DNA of 62,274 nt, counting the filler, from Basidiobolus ranarum (taxonomy: Eukaryota): assembly GCA_040143965.1 (NCBI GenBank). It is 7 parts of 7 records of this genome, joined end to end, with 100 filler letters (N's around TTAATTAATTAA, not from the genome) between each part and the next. Parts side by side here need not be neighbours in the genome. Positions count along the whole stretch, not along the records: positions 8,933 to 17,760 come from JASJQH010000915.1; positions 17,861 to 26,683 come from JASJQH010000916.1; 5 more parts are not named here. One strand, 5' to 3'. The notes under the pieces were generated by a model. It saw only the letters and a list, made by a program, of their open reading frames with translations. It ran no database searches and was not told the origin of the DNA. Position numbers and translations under genes: made by a program. This document shows, one piece after another, positions 11,846 through 24,799 of this stretch (the stretch's first letter is position 1; each line of letters opens with the position of its first letter).

Positions 11846-13808
11846 TATTCATTATTAACATTGGAAGAAGTAAAACTGGGCAGTTTTACAGCCAATACCA
11901 ACTATTTTGAAGCTTCAATTTAATAAATGCTCTATCTCAGATTGAATATATATACATACTCTGATTCTGAAGTGATACTAGCAAGAATAATGTGAACCAA
12001 TATATACATGCTTCGAGATATAGTATACTTTAGTAAGATAGAGATCAATATCAACACACTCGGCACTGAACTGGCTTTTCTGGGCCTTGTAGTAAGCTAC
12101 AATTATGAACATTTAGATACCATGACCCCACAGTCTCAAAATTTTAATAAGTGACCTTGTTTCTGAGGTAACTACAACACCAGAAATATATTATCTTACC
12201 ATGAATCGAGTTCAAGAAAATGCATTCCCGCATTCAAGAGAAACTCTCAATGAGCAAACGCCACAAAGAACTGATTTAATAATATCACTGTGTAGAAGAC
12301 ATGGAGATAATTTGTTCTGAGTATGAGAAAACTTCAAATATACAAGACTCGAATATACTTTCATACATTTGAATTTAAAGTCTTAACATTCGAATAGTAA
12401 CATATAAACACCATTTTTTGAAAAATGCCGTGTGAGATACAAGCCAAATGGGTACATATTTTAGACACTCATTATTTCATCAATGAAAGTTCATCTATTG
12501 TATAGGAATAATTGGAGAATCAAGATACAATTGTAGATATTGCACAACAGTATAAATTTGTGCTACTCAAGCCTTGGATCTATGCTCCAGTGACCTCGCA
12601 CTCAACTTTGACCCTACTATTGAAGCATTCAAAACTGCGGAGCACCAATGGATTTCTAAGCGGCCGCAGTACATGTGGGTAAATGAGTAGTACTCACATC
12701 AGTTACATCGACTGGAACCGAGATCCATTGAGTAACTTGGGAAAAACCAATAACGAATGCATCCTTTCTCATACATGCATTGTTCGATTGGTTTTACGCT
12801 AAAGCTCAAGACAAAGAGTCATCTAGGACAATAATTGGATAATGCATTGCTTTTACTTGGCTGTATGTCTTGCTGCAGATTAAGTACGAACCTCTTGGAA
12901 AATGCAGAACCTGAAGCAGAATCTGAACCCACGCTTATGCAAAGATGGCTACACTGAACTCCTGATGATTGCACGGAGATATTGTGCTACGTATGGCCTG
13001 GTGATCACTCTTTCCAAGTCGTGAATCTGATTTGGGATCTCTGCTCGTCTTTTCATGGATATTGACCACAATGCTTCCATTGAGTAGGAGCTGAAAGAGG
13101 GGCCATTTGCATTGTCTATTTAGGCAAACAATATGGTCCCAAGCCAAAACCGGACTGATGCTAGGATTAAACTCGTCTACTCAGACCAGCTCTATTTTCT
13201 CCAACATAACAGATACGGCAGATGGTGTCTCACTCATTAAGGAAAGCTTGATAACACTGAGAATATTCATGCACCAATCACCTGCCACCAGCCGCCAATC
13301 ATTTGACCTTACCTTAATGAACCGCCAATTTTTTTCACTTTCTATTTAACAAAATGAATATATATTTCAAATCATAGGCAACCTGATCAAGGTGATATCA
13401 TCGTAGAAATTTTAATCATCCCAATTACGAAGATGACTGCGGCAACGGAGTTTCTCTTCCGTAAAATGACCCAAACTCGCATCCGGAACTGGATTCCACA
13501 ATCGACCACAGTCTCGTTGATTCTGGGATAAAGCTATCCCGATTCGGCATACCCATTCCTTTCTCCTCTTGATTGTTAATCACACCAGACCAGGACTGAG
13601 AATACTTGGAGCACACCTCCATTCTTATGAATATGTTGTGTTTATTATCTTCAATGGCGTGTTTATGATTATTCTTTTACAAAGTGATGTTCCAAATGAG
13701 GAATTCGTGGCTATTTGGAAATGTGATAGCATAGAGAATATTACAAAAATACCTTACATATGTTATATAGTCATGTTGATCTCAACGTCGGTGGAATAGA
13801 TGTGATCA

Positions 13809-16225
13809 TCATGTGGAACCAGCTTGGCTGGCTTTTAAGCCAAGGGTTAAAATGGCAAATGTACCCTCTCCAAGTACAAATCCAGATGCTACTACAATCG
13901 ACAGTATCTGTACTAAACGAGGCCTACTGCTCCAACGACGGAACATTTCGCTCGCTAGTGCTCCCATAACACGTGGAAGGGTGTAGTTGGGTGGATTGTA
14001 TATGCCGATAGCAAATGCGATCCCCGAAGGAATTAAACGTAATAGTCGTGAGTGGGGATACTTGGCTTCCAGTAGTGGTGGGAGTGCAAAAAGAAATCCA
14101 AAAGAAAGGATGAAGGGAAGTACATTAGGTGGAAGCGGGTGCCCGTTCACTAGTCTTGACATGTCGAGCCATACTAGAGCTGTAGGGGCCTGAAATACGG
14201 GCCCAGGGATAGAGTACACACTGCTATACAATTGATACGCGCCAACAGCTACAAAAACTGACACAAATGATCCAATCAGCTGTCCAAAGAACTGAGCGCG
14301 CGGTGAAGCATGAAGAAGATGGCCGGTTTTCATATCTAGTAAGGGAACAAAATGTCAACATCAATTTGAACTACCTATGAGGCTGTGATCAAGCATATAC
14401 ATACCTTGCATTAAATCACCGGCTTGCTGAGCTCCAGCTTCAGCGATACCACCCGCAACAATGTTGGCGGCAATCCCACCAGGAATTACACCTGCAAATA
14501 CCACTTGAGATATCTTCCCAATACCACTAACAGGGTTCAAATCTGTTTCTCCAAGAGCTCGGACTGCCAAAACACTGAGAAGACACGCCAAGACAATAGA
14601 TAAGAGGGTAGCATAGATTGGAATATCAAACAATGCTGTCACGGCAACTACACACAATAACGATGAAAATGCTAATCCTCCATAAGTTACCCAAGATGGT
14701 ACTAATTGCTCTGGGGGGCATAAATCCTCATCTTCAGCTTCCATCAACTCGTCGCTATTCTTGTTAGAGTTTCTCCAACGCTGCTTAAATTCTTTGACAA
14801 CAATCACTCCAAGTCCGACTATACTTTCTGAGATCATGACTGCAAGTGAGATCCAGAGAATCCAGCCACGGGCTCCGGTTTGAGCATCATCTACTGGGCC
14901 TGGAGCCCAGCCACTGAAATAGCTAATTGGCGATAAAATACCCCAACCTACAATAGCACCAACTAGCATAGACAATGTAGTAGGTAATCCCATGATGATT
15001 CCCTGTCCCATGTATGATAAGGCTTTTGTAATAAATGATATGATTAGTACACTGCTCATAACTACAGTGACAATAAATACAGAAAATCGTGATACTTACA
15101 AGGAGTTAAAAACCAATTCCACTCGACAGCCTTTTGACCAAAGATAGGCAACCGGGATAGTATAGGAAAGAAGAAACTCAAAATCGTGTATAACCCAGAG
15201 AGTAGAAAGGAATAAAGTAAACAGATCCACTGTGTTCGCCAGTTGGCTTCTTCACCATTGGGCATGGGCTTTTTATGTAGCACGCTAATCATCTGAGCAG
15301 TTGCAGTGCCAGATGGAAATCGTAGTTTCTCTTTAATGATCTAAGAGGATACGAAAGAAGATTCAGTATGCTTGAACTCATAACAGTAAATACCAATGTT
15401 GTCAAGAACATACGGTTTGTTTCCGAAGTGGGATTGCAAAAAATACCCCGAAAAATGCGATGCCCAGTCCCCAAATAATCAATTGGAAACTGCTTAAAAC
15501 AATAGGACCACCTTCGTCTGCAGTTAGTAAGGTCAAAGCTGGGATGATTCCCACAAATCCTGTGTCATAGAATTCCGGTTAATATTGCGCTTTCAGGTTC
15601 ATAACATGGGCTTTAGAAATACCTCCAGCTAATGGCATAGTGGCAGTAGCCACAGCGGTAGTTTGTAAGATCACATTTTCAGCAACTCCAAACTTAACTT
15701 GCATCCAACGTTGAAAAGGTTTAAAAATGACAAAGCCAAGAAGTGACGATTGTAGCGACATCATGGATATCCAGCCAGTTTGCAGACCAAAGTACATGTT
15801 ACTGAAACAAAGAACTGACCCGATCATTAACCCCACAAGTATGGCACGAAGCTATAAGAAGGAACGGAGAAAGTTTAATACGATTTGAATACTATCCAAC
15901 CAACTCCTGTTGGTAACTGTATGTTCTTACCGTAAAGTGAGGTAAGTTCGCATCTGTGTCCGAGGTATCGGTAGACGATATTGAGGGATTTCTATGACCT
16001 TTTTCTCCATCTTTAGTGGTAAAAATATAAAAGTACAATAAATAAACTGCTGCAATTTGTGGGACTTTATAACTGGTGCTTACCGCTCGGGTTTTTGGTT
16101 ATAGTCTGATAGTCACCTTGTCGCCGTTTGCTGGTTGATGCAGGGGTAGAATCATTGGTCTGGCGAGGTAAATCATTTGGTAATTGCTCTTCCGACAAAA
16201 GGGGTTTGACTTCTGAATGTGACAT
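13809..16225 (-). CDS. OPT-family oligopeptide / metal-chelate transporter, YSL-like clade (yeast YGL114W-like), multi-exon
   Basis: Start MSHSEVKPLL at 16225. Spliced PHFT|LRAILVGLMIGSVLCFSNMYFGLQTGW, ENVILQT, EKLRFPSGTATA, RALGETDLNPVSGIGK, QQAGDLMQDMKTGHLLHASPRAQF, VASGFVLGEG are the conserved OPT/YSL motifs. Confidence 0.93.
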
Positions 16226-17639
16226 GCTTTAGCGTTGTTGCTAACGGTAAGGGTTTTGCAGAACACAACACTTGGTGATAAACAACTACGGGGAAAATTT
16301 ATGATAGACCTATCCGGTTAAAATTCTATAGTACGGATATAAAACTGCTACAACGAATAACTAAAGATATATTCAGCCGAACACAAATATAATAAAAATT
16401 CATGCGGCATTCCCGCACTTTTGTAGTCTTTTCGAATTCTCTGTTGATTTGTCATAAACAGCAGTCTTGCAATTATAATTATAAATTGACTATAGCTAGT
16501 TGTGATTTTCCCTAACAGGAAACGAGGGTAGTCATGTGTTGCACTGTAAAATTGCCTCATCGCTCTCCACAATGAGGACATTGATGACTAATTTGATCGG
16601 AAACACAAATTCCGTTCAACCAATAGATTACTGGTAGCATTATCAGGGTACGTGTGCCTGTCCGCAAAATGTACCTTAATTAAGATTGAGCACCAAGATG
16701 AATATAAGAGCTCACTTTAGACAGTATAGATTCGAACTAATCAGCAATAAGCAACTATCTGCTAAGCTCCATACACGCGAGTGAGCTGTAAATAGTACAT
16801 TTAGATCATCATTAACAGCTCATTCGGAGAGAGCATATTTAGTCGTGCTCACCGAACTTTTATCAGCAGGAGTTGTAGATAAGCCTAGCTCGCGTGGTAT
16901 GGCGATTTCTATCGGCGACTACATGCAACTTAACTTTTATGCTGAATCACTAAAATAGCATTCAAGTTCCATACCATTAACCGGAAACATCCGCAGTTAT
17001 GGAAAATCCTGATACCGCAACATTATAAGCCAAACATATGTTGGGCTCAGAATTGTAAACATCTATTGAAGATTAAAATGTGCAATGAAACATACAGACA
17101 CATTGCTTATGCCTACAAAAGGACTGAATACTGACCATACTTTAATTTCTTTATATTCAGCAACAACAAATCAATGATCTCTCCTACCATGTCTGTGTTA
17201 TGAGTATCTGTGGTGAATTGGAAGTGTTTACAAAAATTAGAATCATATGATTTGCACTTTGTAGTCCAGTTAATTGAAAATTAGTATTTATATGAATATC
17301 AGAACTGAAGAAAAGCTTTGATGGCAATTTGTACCTAGGGTATTGAAGAAAGTGTGTTTAGTGTTTGAGGAGCTTGGTTAAGTTAAACAATAACATTTCT
17401 TCTTTATACATTGGAGATTTGTAGAATATTTCCAAAGTGTGTGTGCCAATTTTGACTTATCAAATATTAAAAACTGTTGGAGGTTCTTGACATAATGCGG
17501 GTGGACTTTGTGTAATAGAAGCAACTTATGATAGTGTGTTTTAGTTACTTTATTCTTAAGAGTATATAGTGACTTATATAGTAGAAAAGTAAATCAATTG
17601 TTTGAGATATTCAGGAGTTTGTGTATTAAGATATAATAG

Positions 17640-17760
17640 AAAAATGGAGGTAATAAGACATACTTGTTATTGTTAAAGTATTTGGGAGCCTGTTGGAAGT
17701 GGTTTGGAGAATTTGAGGAATTGGTGGGTTTCACTTATTCATTTATTGAGTAGAAAGTTG
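17640..17760 (-). repeat. Dispersed repeat family, copy 3 (tail, reverse orientation, truncated by contig end)
   Basis: gtatttgggagcctgttggaagtggtttgg...atttattgagtagaaagttg is the reverse complement of the shared tail; nearly identical to 55170-55251. Confidence 0.88.
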
Positions 17761-17860
17761 NNNNNNNNNNNNNNNNNNNNNNNNNNNNNNNNNNNNNNNN
17801 NNNNTTAATTAATTAANNNNNNNNNNNNNNNNNNNNNNNNNNNNNNNNNNNNNNNNNNNN
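17761..17860. other. Artificial contig-joining spacer
   Basis: N44-TTAATTAATTAA-N44. Confidence 0.99.
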
Positions 17861-17899
17861 TGAAATTGATCATGCCAGAGGGTGATGGATAGTGCCAAA

Positions 17900-19700
17900 T
17901 TGTGCCGCATAAATTTTAGAATACTTTATCCAATATGATATATAGAGCACAATCTGGCACTATCACAGAGAACAAGTCCACTGTGAAGGATTTAAGGCCT
18001 ACAGACGGTTTGATATAAAAAATCAACAGTTAATTAAGTCAGAGATGTAATTTTTGATGAAAAGCAAATTTTTCATCTCAAATCACAGTTCTTGCTCCAG
18101 AAAACACAATTGGTACTATTTGGGAAGAGTCTGTCAAAAATCCAGTAAGCAGTATCTGAGCACTGTTCTATCAAAATTCCAGTCTAAATTACAGCAGAGG
18201 ATGATTCAGGACACAGAAGATTATCCAGATGGAGAAATAAGCCAGGGAACTGGTGTAACACTTCCAATGATGATGAATATCCTTATGCAGCATTCTGTGA
18301 ACAGCCACAGACTCTAGACCAAGCTCTCAAAGTCCAGAATCAAAATTATAGGAGAAAGTAAAGTTTGATGAGTTTACTTCACTCCAGGACAAATCAACAT
18401 GGGTTTTAAGCTCCATTGAATCAATCCTGGCACACTGAGCTGTGCATGACCTTGATTGACATCAAATAGATGTAAAACAGCCTTTCTTATTTGAAATCTA
18501 GGAGAGGAGATCTATGCGGAGCAACCAGATGGATTTGTTGACCAAAAACACCCTGATATGGTCTGTAAACTGCAGAAATTGCTATATGGACTCAAGCAGG
18601 CACCCAGGGCATGTTACAGCTAAATAAATACCTATATGGAATCACCAGAATTTTAAAAATGGATAGCAAACCACAGTAATTACATTAAAACAGTTGGAAG
18701 TAGGATCCTTGTCTTGGCCCTATATGTGGATGACTTGAACATCGACATAAAGGATTTAGAAACCCTTGACCAGACAACAAGTAGCTTATCAAGCCAATTT
18801 CAGATGATTTTTATGGGTGAATTAAGTAATTTTCTAGCAATCCAAATCAAGAGAAATAAGCCCAATCAGAAAATCATGCTGAGTCAATCCAGATACATCC
18901 TAGACATCCTGAAGTGTGTCAACACGGAGAAAAGCAAGCCTTTATCTACACCAATGGATCCCAATGTGAATTAATCAATATTTAATCCAATTTGTCCCAA
19001 AATGACTCAAATCAAAGCCAGAGGTTCCATTATCAATCCATGGTGGGTAGCTTAGTGAATACAATGGTTGCAACATGTCCAGACATTGCTGTTGCAGTTG
19101 GAACTAGCAGCCATTATCTCAAAATTCAGGATCTGAGCACAAAAATGCAGTAGAACAAATATTCAGGCATTTGAGAGGAGCTGTAGATCTAATTCTGGAA
19201 TACTCTGCCACTCCTGATGCACAGAATTTTGAAGGCTACAGTGATGCTGACTGGGGAAGAAACTTTGATGATAGGAGATTAACTGGGTAAACTTCCCTCT
19301 ATAGAATTGGTGCCATAACTTGGAATAGCAAGATGCAACCAACCATAGCACTGTCCACTCTAGGAGCGGAGTATATGGCTGCCTATGCTACTACACAAGA
19401 AGCCATGTTTATAAGGAAGTTATTTACAGACTTAGGATACATGCAGAAAGGTGCTATTACTGTATTTGAAGATAATCAAAGTTTTATTTCCTTAGCTATA
19501 AGCCCTACATTTCATGATGGAACAAAACATATAGATATTAGGCAGCATTTTGTTAGAGAAGCAATAGAGAATGATTTAATCAAATTTGTCTATTGCCAAA
19601 CTGAAGAAACAATTGTTGACATCTTAACCAAACCTTTAGCTAAAGCACAATTTGAATTATTAAGTTATAAGACATATTCAATTCAATAGCACTTTAGTGA
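17900..19700 (+). mobile_element. Decayed Ty1/copia LTR-retrotransposon pol (integrase tail, RT, RNase H)
   Basis: Motifs [100 protein letters not shown]; many stops and frameshifts. Confidence 0.95.
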
Positions 19701-20544
19701 CTAATTCACAAATCCAGATCTTTAAAAAAACTTCCAAATTGCCTGAACACTTTATCACTCACTACTATTAAAACAACACCAGATTACATATAGAGATCAA
19801 AGCTCAAAAGTAATACTATGGTTCAAGAATGCTTCAAAATTGAATTTAAATGCAGCATACTCACACTACATGAGTACTGCACATAATTTAAGGACAAAAG
19901 ACTAGTTGACACTAGGACCAATGGTAAATTATGTGCAGCAATTTGCCTTGTGATGAAAAACAAACATTGTTATCTAAACCACACTTCTCAGTCCAGACCA
20001 TACAATCTGAACAAATCAAAAGGTGTCTAAAAAGATTCATAATATATTGGAGCTTACTCTATTGCAAGAACTAGACCCAATAACCTATCAGGATGATTCA
20101 AGACTTAAGGCTGTGTCTAGAAGGTAAAATAATAAGGAACTGGTGGAAAAATGATACTCTTGTACTCCATGAGTGATTTTTATAACACTTTTTCTTTAGA
20201 AGCCAAGTTCAGCTGCAGTGGATTAATGTGCCATTCTGGGATTTCCCTAACTATGATTTAATTCTAATGATTGCTTGTGCAATCTTGCAAAATGGAAGTC
20301 TTGAACAACAGATACATATGAGGCAAGTAGATCAATTTGTTTGCCCAGAACTCCATGAAATGGTTGAGAAACTGTTATACAGCTAAATGGATTCAAATAA
20401 AAAATAGGGCATAGTGCAACACAAAAGATAACTTTTTGGAAATAACGGAATTTGCAAGATCCATAACACAAAAAAGTATTTACATCAAAACATTCAAAAA
20501 TAGAGTCCCTACCTTGTAAGTGTATGAAGCTGCCTTCATTATAG

Positions 20545-21100
20545 CCAAAAATGACTCAAATCAGAGCCAGAAGTTGCCTTATCAATCCATGGTTACTACT
20601 TTAATGTAGACAATAGTTCGAGCACATCCAGACTTTGCTGAGGCAGTGGGAACTGTTGGCCAATATTTCAAAAAGCCAGGGTCTAAGCACTAGACTACAG
20701 TAATATGAGTATTTGGATATTTGAGAGGAACTGTAGATCTAGTTCTGGAATACTCTGGGACTCACAATGCACCATATTTAGAGGGCTGTGATGCTATTGA
20801 CTGCAGAAAAAACCTTGATGATAAGAGATCAACAATAGGTACACTTTTCTCCATGGTTATGAGTTTGTAAATTGGAATATTAAGAAGCTACAACTGTAGC
20901 ATTACTTACTACTTAGGCTTAGTATATGGCTGCCTCAGCAACTACACAAGAAGCTATGTGGTCAAGAAAGTCATTTTCAAACTGAGGATACATGCTAAAA
21001 TGTGCAATTACTTTATTGAATACTAATCAAAGTTGTATTTCATTAGCTGACAGCCCTGCACTTCATGCTAGAAGAAAATGTATAGATACTAGGCATCATT
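20545..21100 (+). mobile_element. Second decayed copia fragment (RT end + RNase H)
   Basis: Begins aaaatgactcaaatcagagccag as at 19000; encodes HPDFAEAVG, YLRGTVDL, YMAASATTQEAMW, HARRKCIDTRHHF. Confidence 0.9.
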
Positions 21101-22850
21101 TCTCTCATAGGGCAAAAGAAATATTCAATTATATCATTCTCAATTGCTTCTCTGACAAAATGATGCCTATTATCTATATGTTTTGTTCTAGTATGAAATA
21201 TAGGGTTTTTAGCTAATGTAATATAACCTTGATTATCTTCAACTACAGCAATAGCTTGTTTTAGCCTATATCCTAAGTCTGTGAACAACTTCCTTAACCA
21301 CATAACTTCTTGTGTAGTGGCAGAGGCTGCCACAAACTTGGCTCTTGAAATAGAAAGTGCTCTAGCTAGTTGCTTCTCACTATGTAAAGTTATGGCTCTA
21401 ATACCATAGAGGAAAGTGTACACAGTTGTTATTCTGCTATTATCAAGGTTTGTTCCTAAGTCTGCATCACTATGGCCTTCAAAATTCTGTGCATCAGGAG
21501 TGCCTGAGTATTTCAGAACAAGATCCGAAGTCCCTCCCAAATACGCAAATATTGATTTTACTGCAGTCAAGTGCTCAGATCTGTATTTTTGAGATATTGG
21601 CTGACAGTTCCCACTACCACAGCAATACCTGGATGTGTTCCAACCATTTTATACATTAAACTACCCAACTTGGATTGATAAGGAAACTCCTTGCTTTGAT
21701 ATAGGTCATTTTAGTGCAATCAGGCAAATCTTGATCAACTTCACATTGAAATTTGATGGTTTCCATACAGCCTTTTTATTCCCCATGTTGAAGCATTGTA
21801 GGGTGTCAAGGATGTATCTAGACCATTTTGGCATAGCTTTCTCAAAGGGTTTTCCTTGATTGAACTGGATTTGAAGGATATAATTTAATTCACCAACTTC
21901 AGTATTCTGACATAGGTTTTATTAGCTGCTTTTCATTAAGATTAAATGCCTTCAGATCATTTGTGGCTATGAGCCAGTCATTCACATATGGTGCCAAGAT
22001 AAGGAACCTTTTTCCGGTATTTTAATGTAAGTAAATATCTTCTTAAAGATTTCCCTTTGGAAAGGCTGTTTGTACATCCTTTGTATGTAAATCAAGGTTT
22101 CGGATGATTGAGTGTGACAGGATTGCTCTAATCGAGCTCAACATAGCTACGGGAAGAAAGGTTCCTTGAAAATCAACTCCTGGAATCTTGGAATAACCTT
22201 TGCAACAAATCTTGCTTTGTACCTTTGTGTCATTCCATCAACATGGTTATTTCCTTTATAGAGCTAGTTGCAGCTTATTTGCTCCCTCCCTGTTGGTAGA
22301 GAACTTCAAACCCATGTTTCATTGTTGTAAAGTCAAGGAAAGTCATCAAACATTGCTTTTTCCCATAATTTTCAGTCTGGACACTGATGAACTTGATCCA
22401 AATTCAGTGGTTCATTACAAAGTGCTGCATAAGCATAGAAATCATCATTGGAAGTATTCTACTAGTTCCCTGGCTTATTTGTCTTATGGGATGATCTTCA
22501 AGGCTGTAAGTCACCCTCTGGTATAATTAGGGCTGGAATATTGGTTGAATTGGGTTCAGAGAGTGTTGGATCTTTGTCAGTCACTTACTGGAAAATGGCG
22601 ATTGTGTTTTCTGGATCAAAAAATGGGATTTGAGGCATATGATTTTCATTTCCTCAAAAATCACAATTCTGCACTTGATTAACCTCTGCTTTTTGGTATC
22701 AAACAGTTGGTAGGTCTTAGATCAATCACAGTAACCAAAAAATATACATTTACTGTTTTTGGGTACCAAATAAGAACATTGTTGAGCTGTAACTAGGCAA
22801 CAAGCTGTGCAACTAAAGTTCCAGATATGATTCACAATGTGTTTTGATTC
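21100..22850 (-). mobile_element. Third decayed copia pol fragment, inverted relative to the second
   Basis: ORF 21043-21570 has EGHSDADLG, AASATTQEVMWLRKL, EDNQG, FHTRTKHIDNRHHFVRE. RT remnants lie at 21600-22400 and an integrase C-terminal remnant (IWNFSC...IVIFEE) at 22650-22830. Confidence 0.92.
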
Positions 22851-22899
22851 ATACTGGGCCTCCAATGGAGTTGAATTCAGGAACAATATTGTTGGGCAG

Positions 22900-24730
22900 C
22901 TGTTTTAGATATAGACTGCAGTGGGGACACATTCAGCCTAACATTGGTAATCTGACTTTTGATCATATGTATGCCTTGAGATTAAACTCCATGAATTTAA
23001 GAAAATCAACAGCAGGATTGTGTATTGTGCCCTCGAAAACCTCCAGGTTTACTGATGGCAGGAGTGCAACCAACACAAACATTGATATTAGCTTTAAAAA
23101 ATATTCACTCATTGGAACCTAATTAGATAACCATTGAAACTCTGCAATCATAGGCTCTAAGAAGCTATCTATTAGTACTGGGATTTAGGTCCAGATATGA
23201 TGAATAGTATCAAAATTTTATGACTCTTGAACTGTTCAGAAGAAGGAAGATTTAAGTTGATTAAAATAATGGCCAGCAAGCCTTTCCAATGGTATTTTGG
23301 TTTTGTGAGAAACCATCCATAGCCAATGCAAATGCATGCTCATATGTGTTCTCAAAGAAACCTTGACTTTTCAGATCCTGGTGATGATATCCATCAAGTA
23401 TAGTGATAATACCAGTAGCTTTTCTGTGACCACTTTGGTATCGGTTTAATGATCTATATTTGGGTGCTTTCATCCAGACTTTAAGATGGGCAATCAATGG
23501 TATGTAAGCCAAACAATAACATTGTTTATCTGATTCAGTGATTGCCAATGTTGTGCAAACAGTACATGACTTCAGATTTTTCAGAGCACAGGTGAAAGCC
23601 ACAAACCATATGAATATGAAGGTGGTCTGATCACAGAAGGATTATTAGTCATACAATTGTTGGGTGTTCTCTTCTTGTACCAGGTCTGCAACAAGCAACA
23701 GTTGCCATGCAACTAGAGTAAAAGTGTAAGAAAACCAATTAATGCCTGGTTTGTAAGATTGGAGTGAAATATCCAAACATCAGTGATCAAGGCTGCTTCC
23801 TTTATTGTAAGTGTTATGGGTGGACTAATGCTTGCTGATAACAAAGAGTCCATAACCAAACCAGTGTCTTCTTCCTTATCTTCTGATACATTATCATCAG
23901 TACTGGAATGAACAAGGTCAAAATCCGGCAACATTTCCTCAAAATTGTCTGTACTTATTGGTTCACCCAAAGTTGCATTTCTACCTACATCAATCTGGTC
24001 TTATAACTGAGGTAACTCCATGGTATCTTAACTTTTAGCAATGTTACCAAAACTTTGAGGCAAAGCACAGCCCGTGGACTCACTAGGCAAAACTAAAGTA
24101 GATGGTTTGCACTTACTACTGTTGATATTTACCAGGCTTTGTGCAACTGGTGGCTTTGTACAGTGTTCATGCCTGTGATTGTTTTATAATGGTTGGTAAA
24201 TGGTCAATCCAATATGGATTAAAACTGTGATGGTTTTCCTGCATTAACCATCCTCTACTTTATATTAGGGCTGACTTTAGGTTTTTCAGATCACCAGTGA
24301 ATGCCAAACAACCATTTGGACATGAAGGTAGTTTACTTACTGCAGGATTATAAGTCATATGATTAATAGTGTTTTCCACCTGCACCAGGTCCATGGAAAG
24401 CAACAGTTGCCAATCAACTTTGGTAAAAGTGCAAGAAAACAAATAAACACCTGGTTGCTAATATTTGATTGAACTCTTCACTCCTCATATTCAACACTGC
24501 TTCTTTTGCAGTAAGTGATAGAAGTGGACCAATGCTTGCCAATAACAAAGAGTCTGTAATAAATCCGTCATCTTCTGTATTTTCGGATATACTACCATCA
24601 ATACTGGAATAACCAAGTTCCACATCCAGCATCATGTCCTCAAAGTTGTCTTAACTTACAAGTTTAACCAAAGTAGCATTTCCACCTGAATCATTGTAGT
24701 CATATAACTGTGGTAACTCCATGGTGCCAT
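22900..24730 (-). mobile_element. Decayed CACTA/EnSpm-type (tnp2, Transposase_21) transposase with an internal tandem duplication
   Basis: CPNGCLAFTGDLKNLKS, C..C, YIPLIAHL, ILDG.HHQDL...GFF, ALAMDGF, CWPL, NLNLP..E, ISGPK are the fungal tnp2 signature. The 5' part is duplicated (~23565-24030 vs ~24270-24730). Confidence 0.85.
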
Positions 24731-24799
24731 AAGAGAAATTGGAGAACTGTTATTGTAGGAAAGTCTTCGCAATTTTAGTACATTTGGGATCAACACTGA

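Noticed and set aside
12713-12724. Second WNRD tetrapeptide (YIDWNRDPLSNLGK) as another Fanzor remnant
   Set aside because: Lacks the following AxxN/hydrophobic helix and any upstream zinc-finger motif; consistent with chance.
13425-13622. 65-aa ORF downstream of the OPT gene
   Set aside because: No motif, signal peptide or splice support that I can identify.
15931-16010. ATG at 16010 (MEKKVIEIP...) as the OPT start
   Set aside because: Out of frame with the conserved PHFT|LRAIL junction; the in-frame start is at 16225 via an upstream exon.
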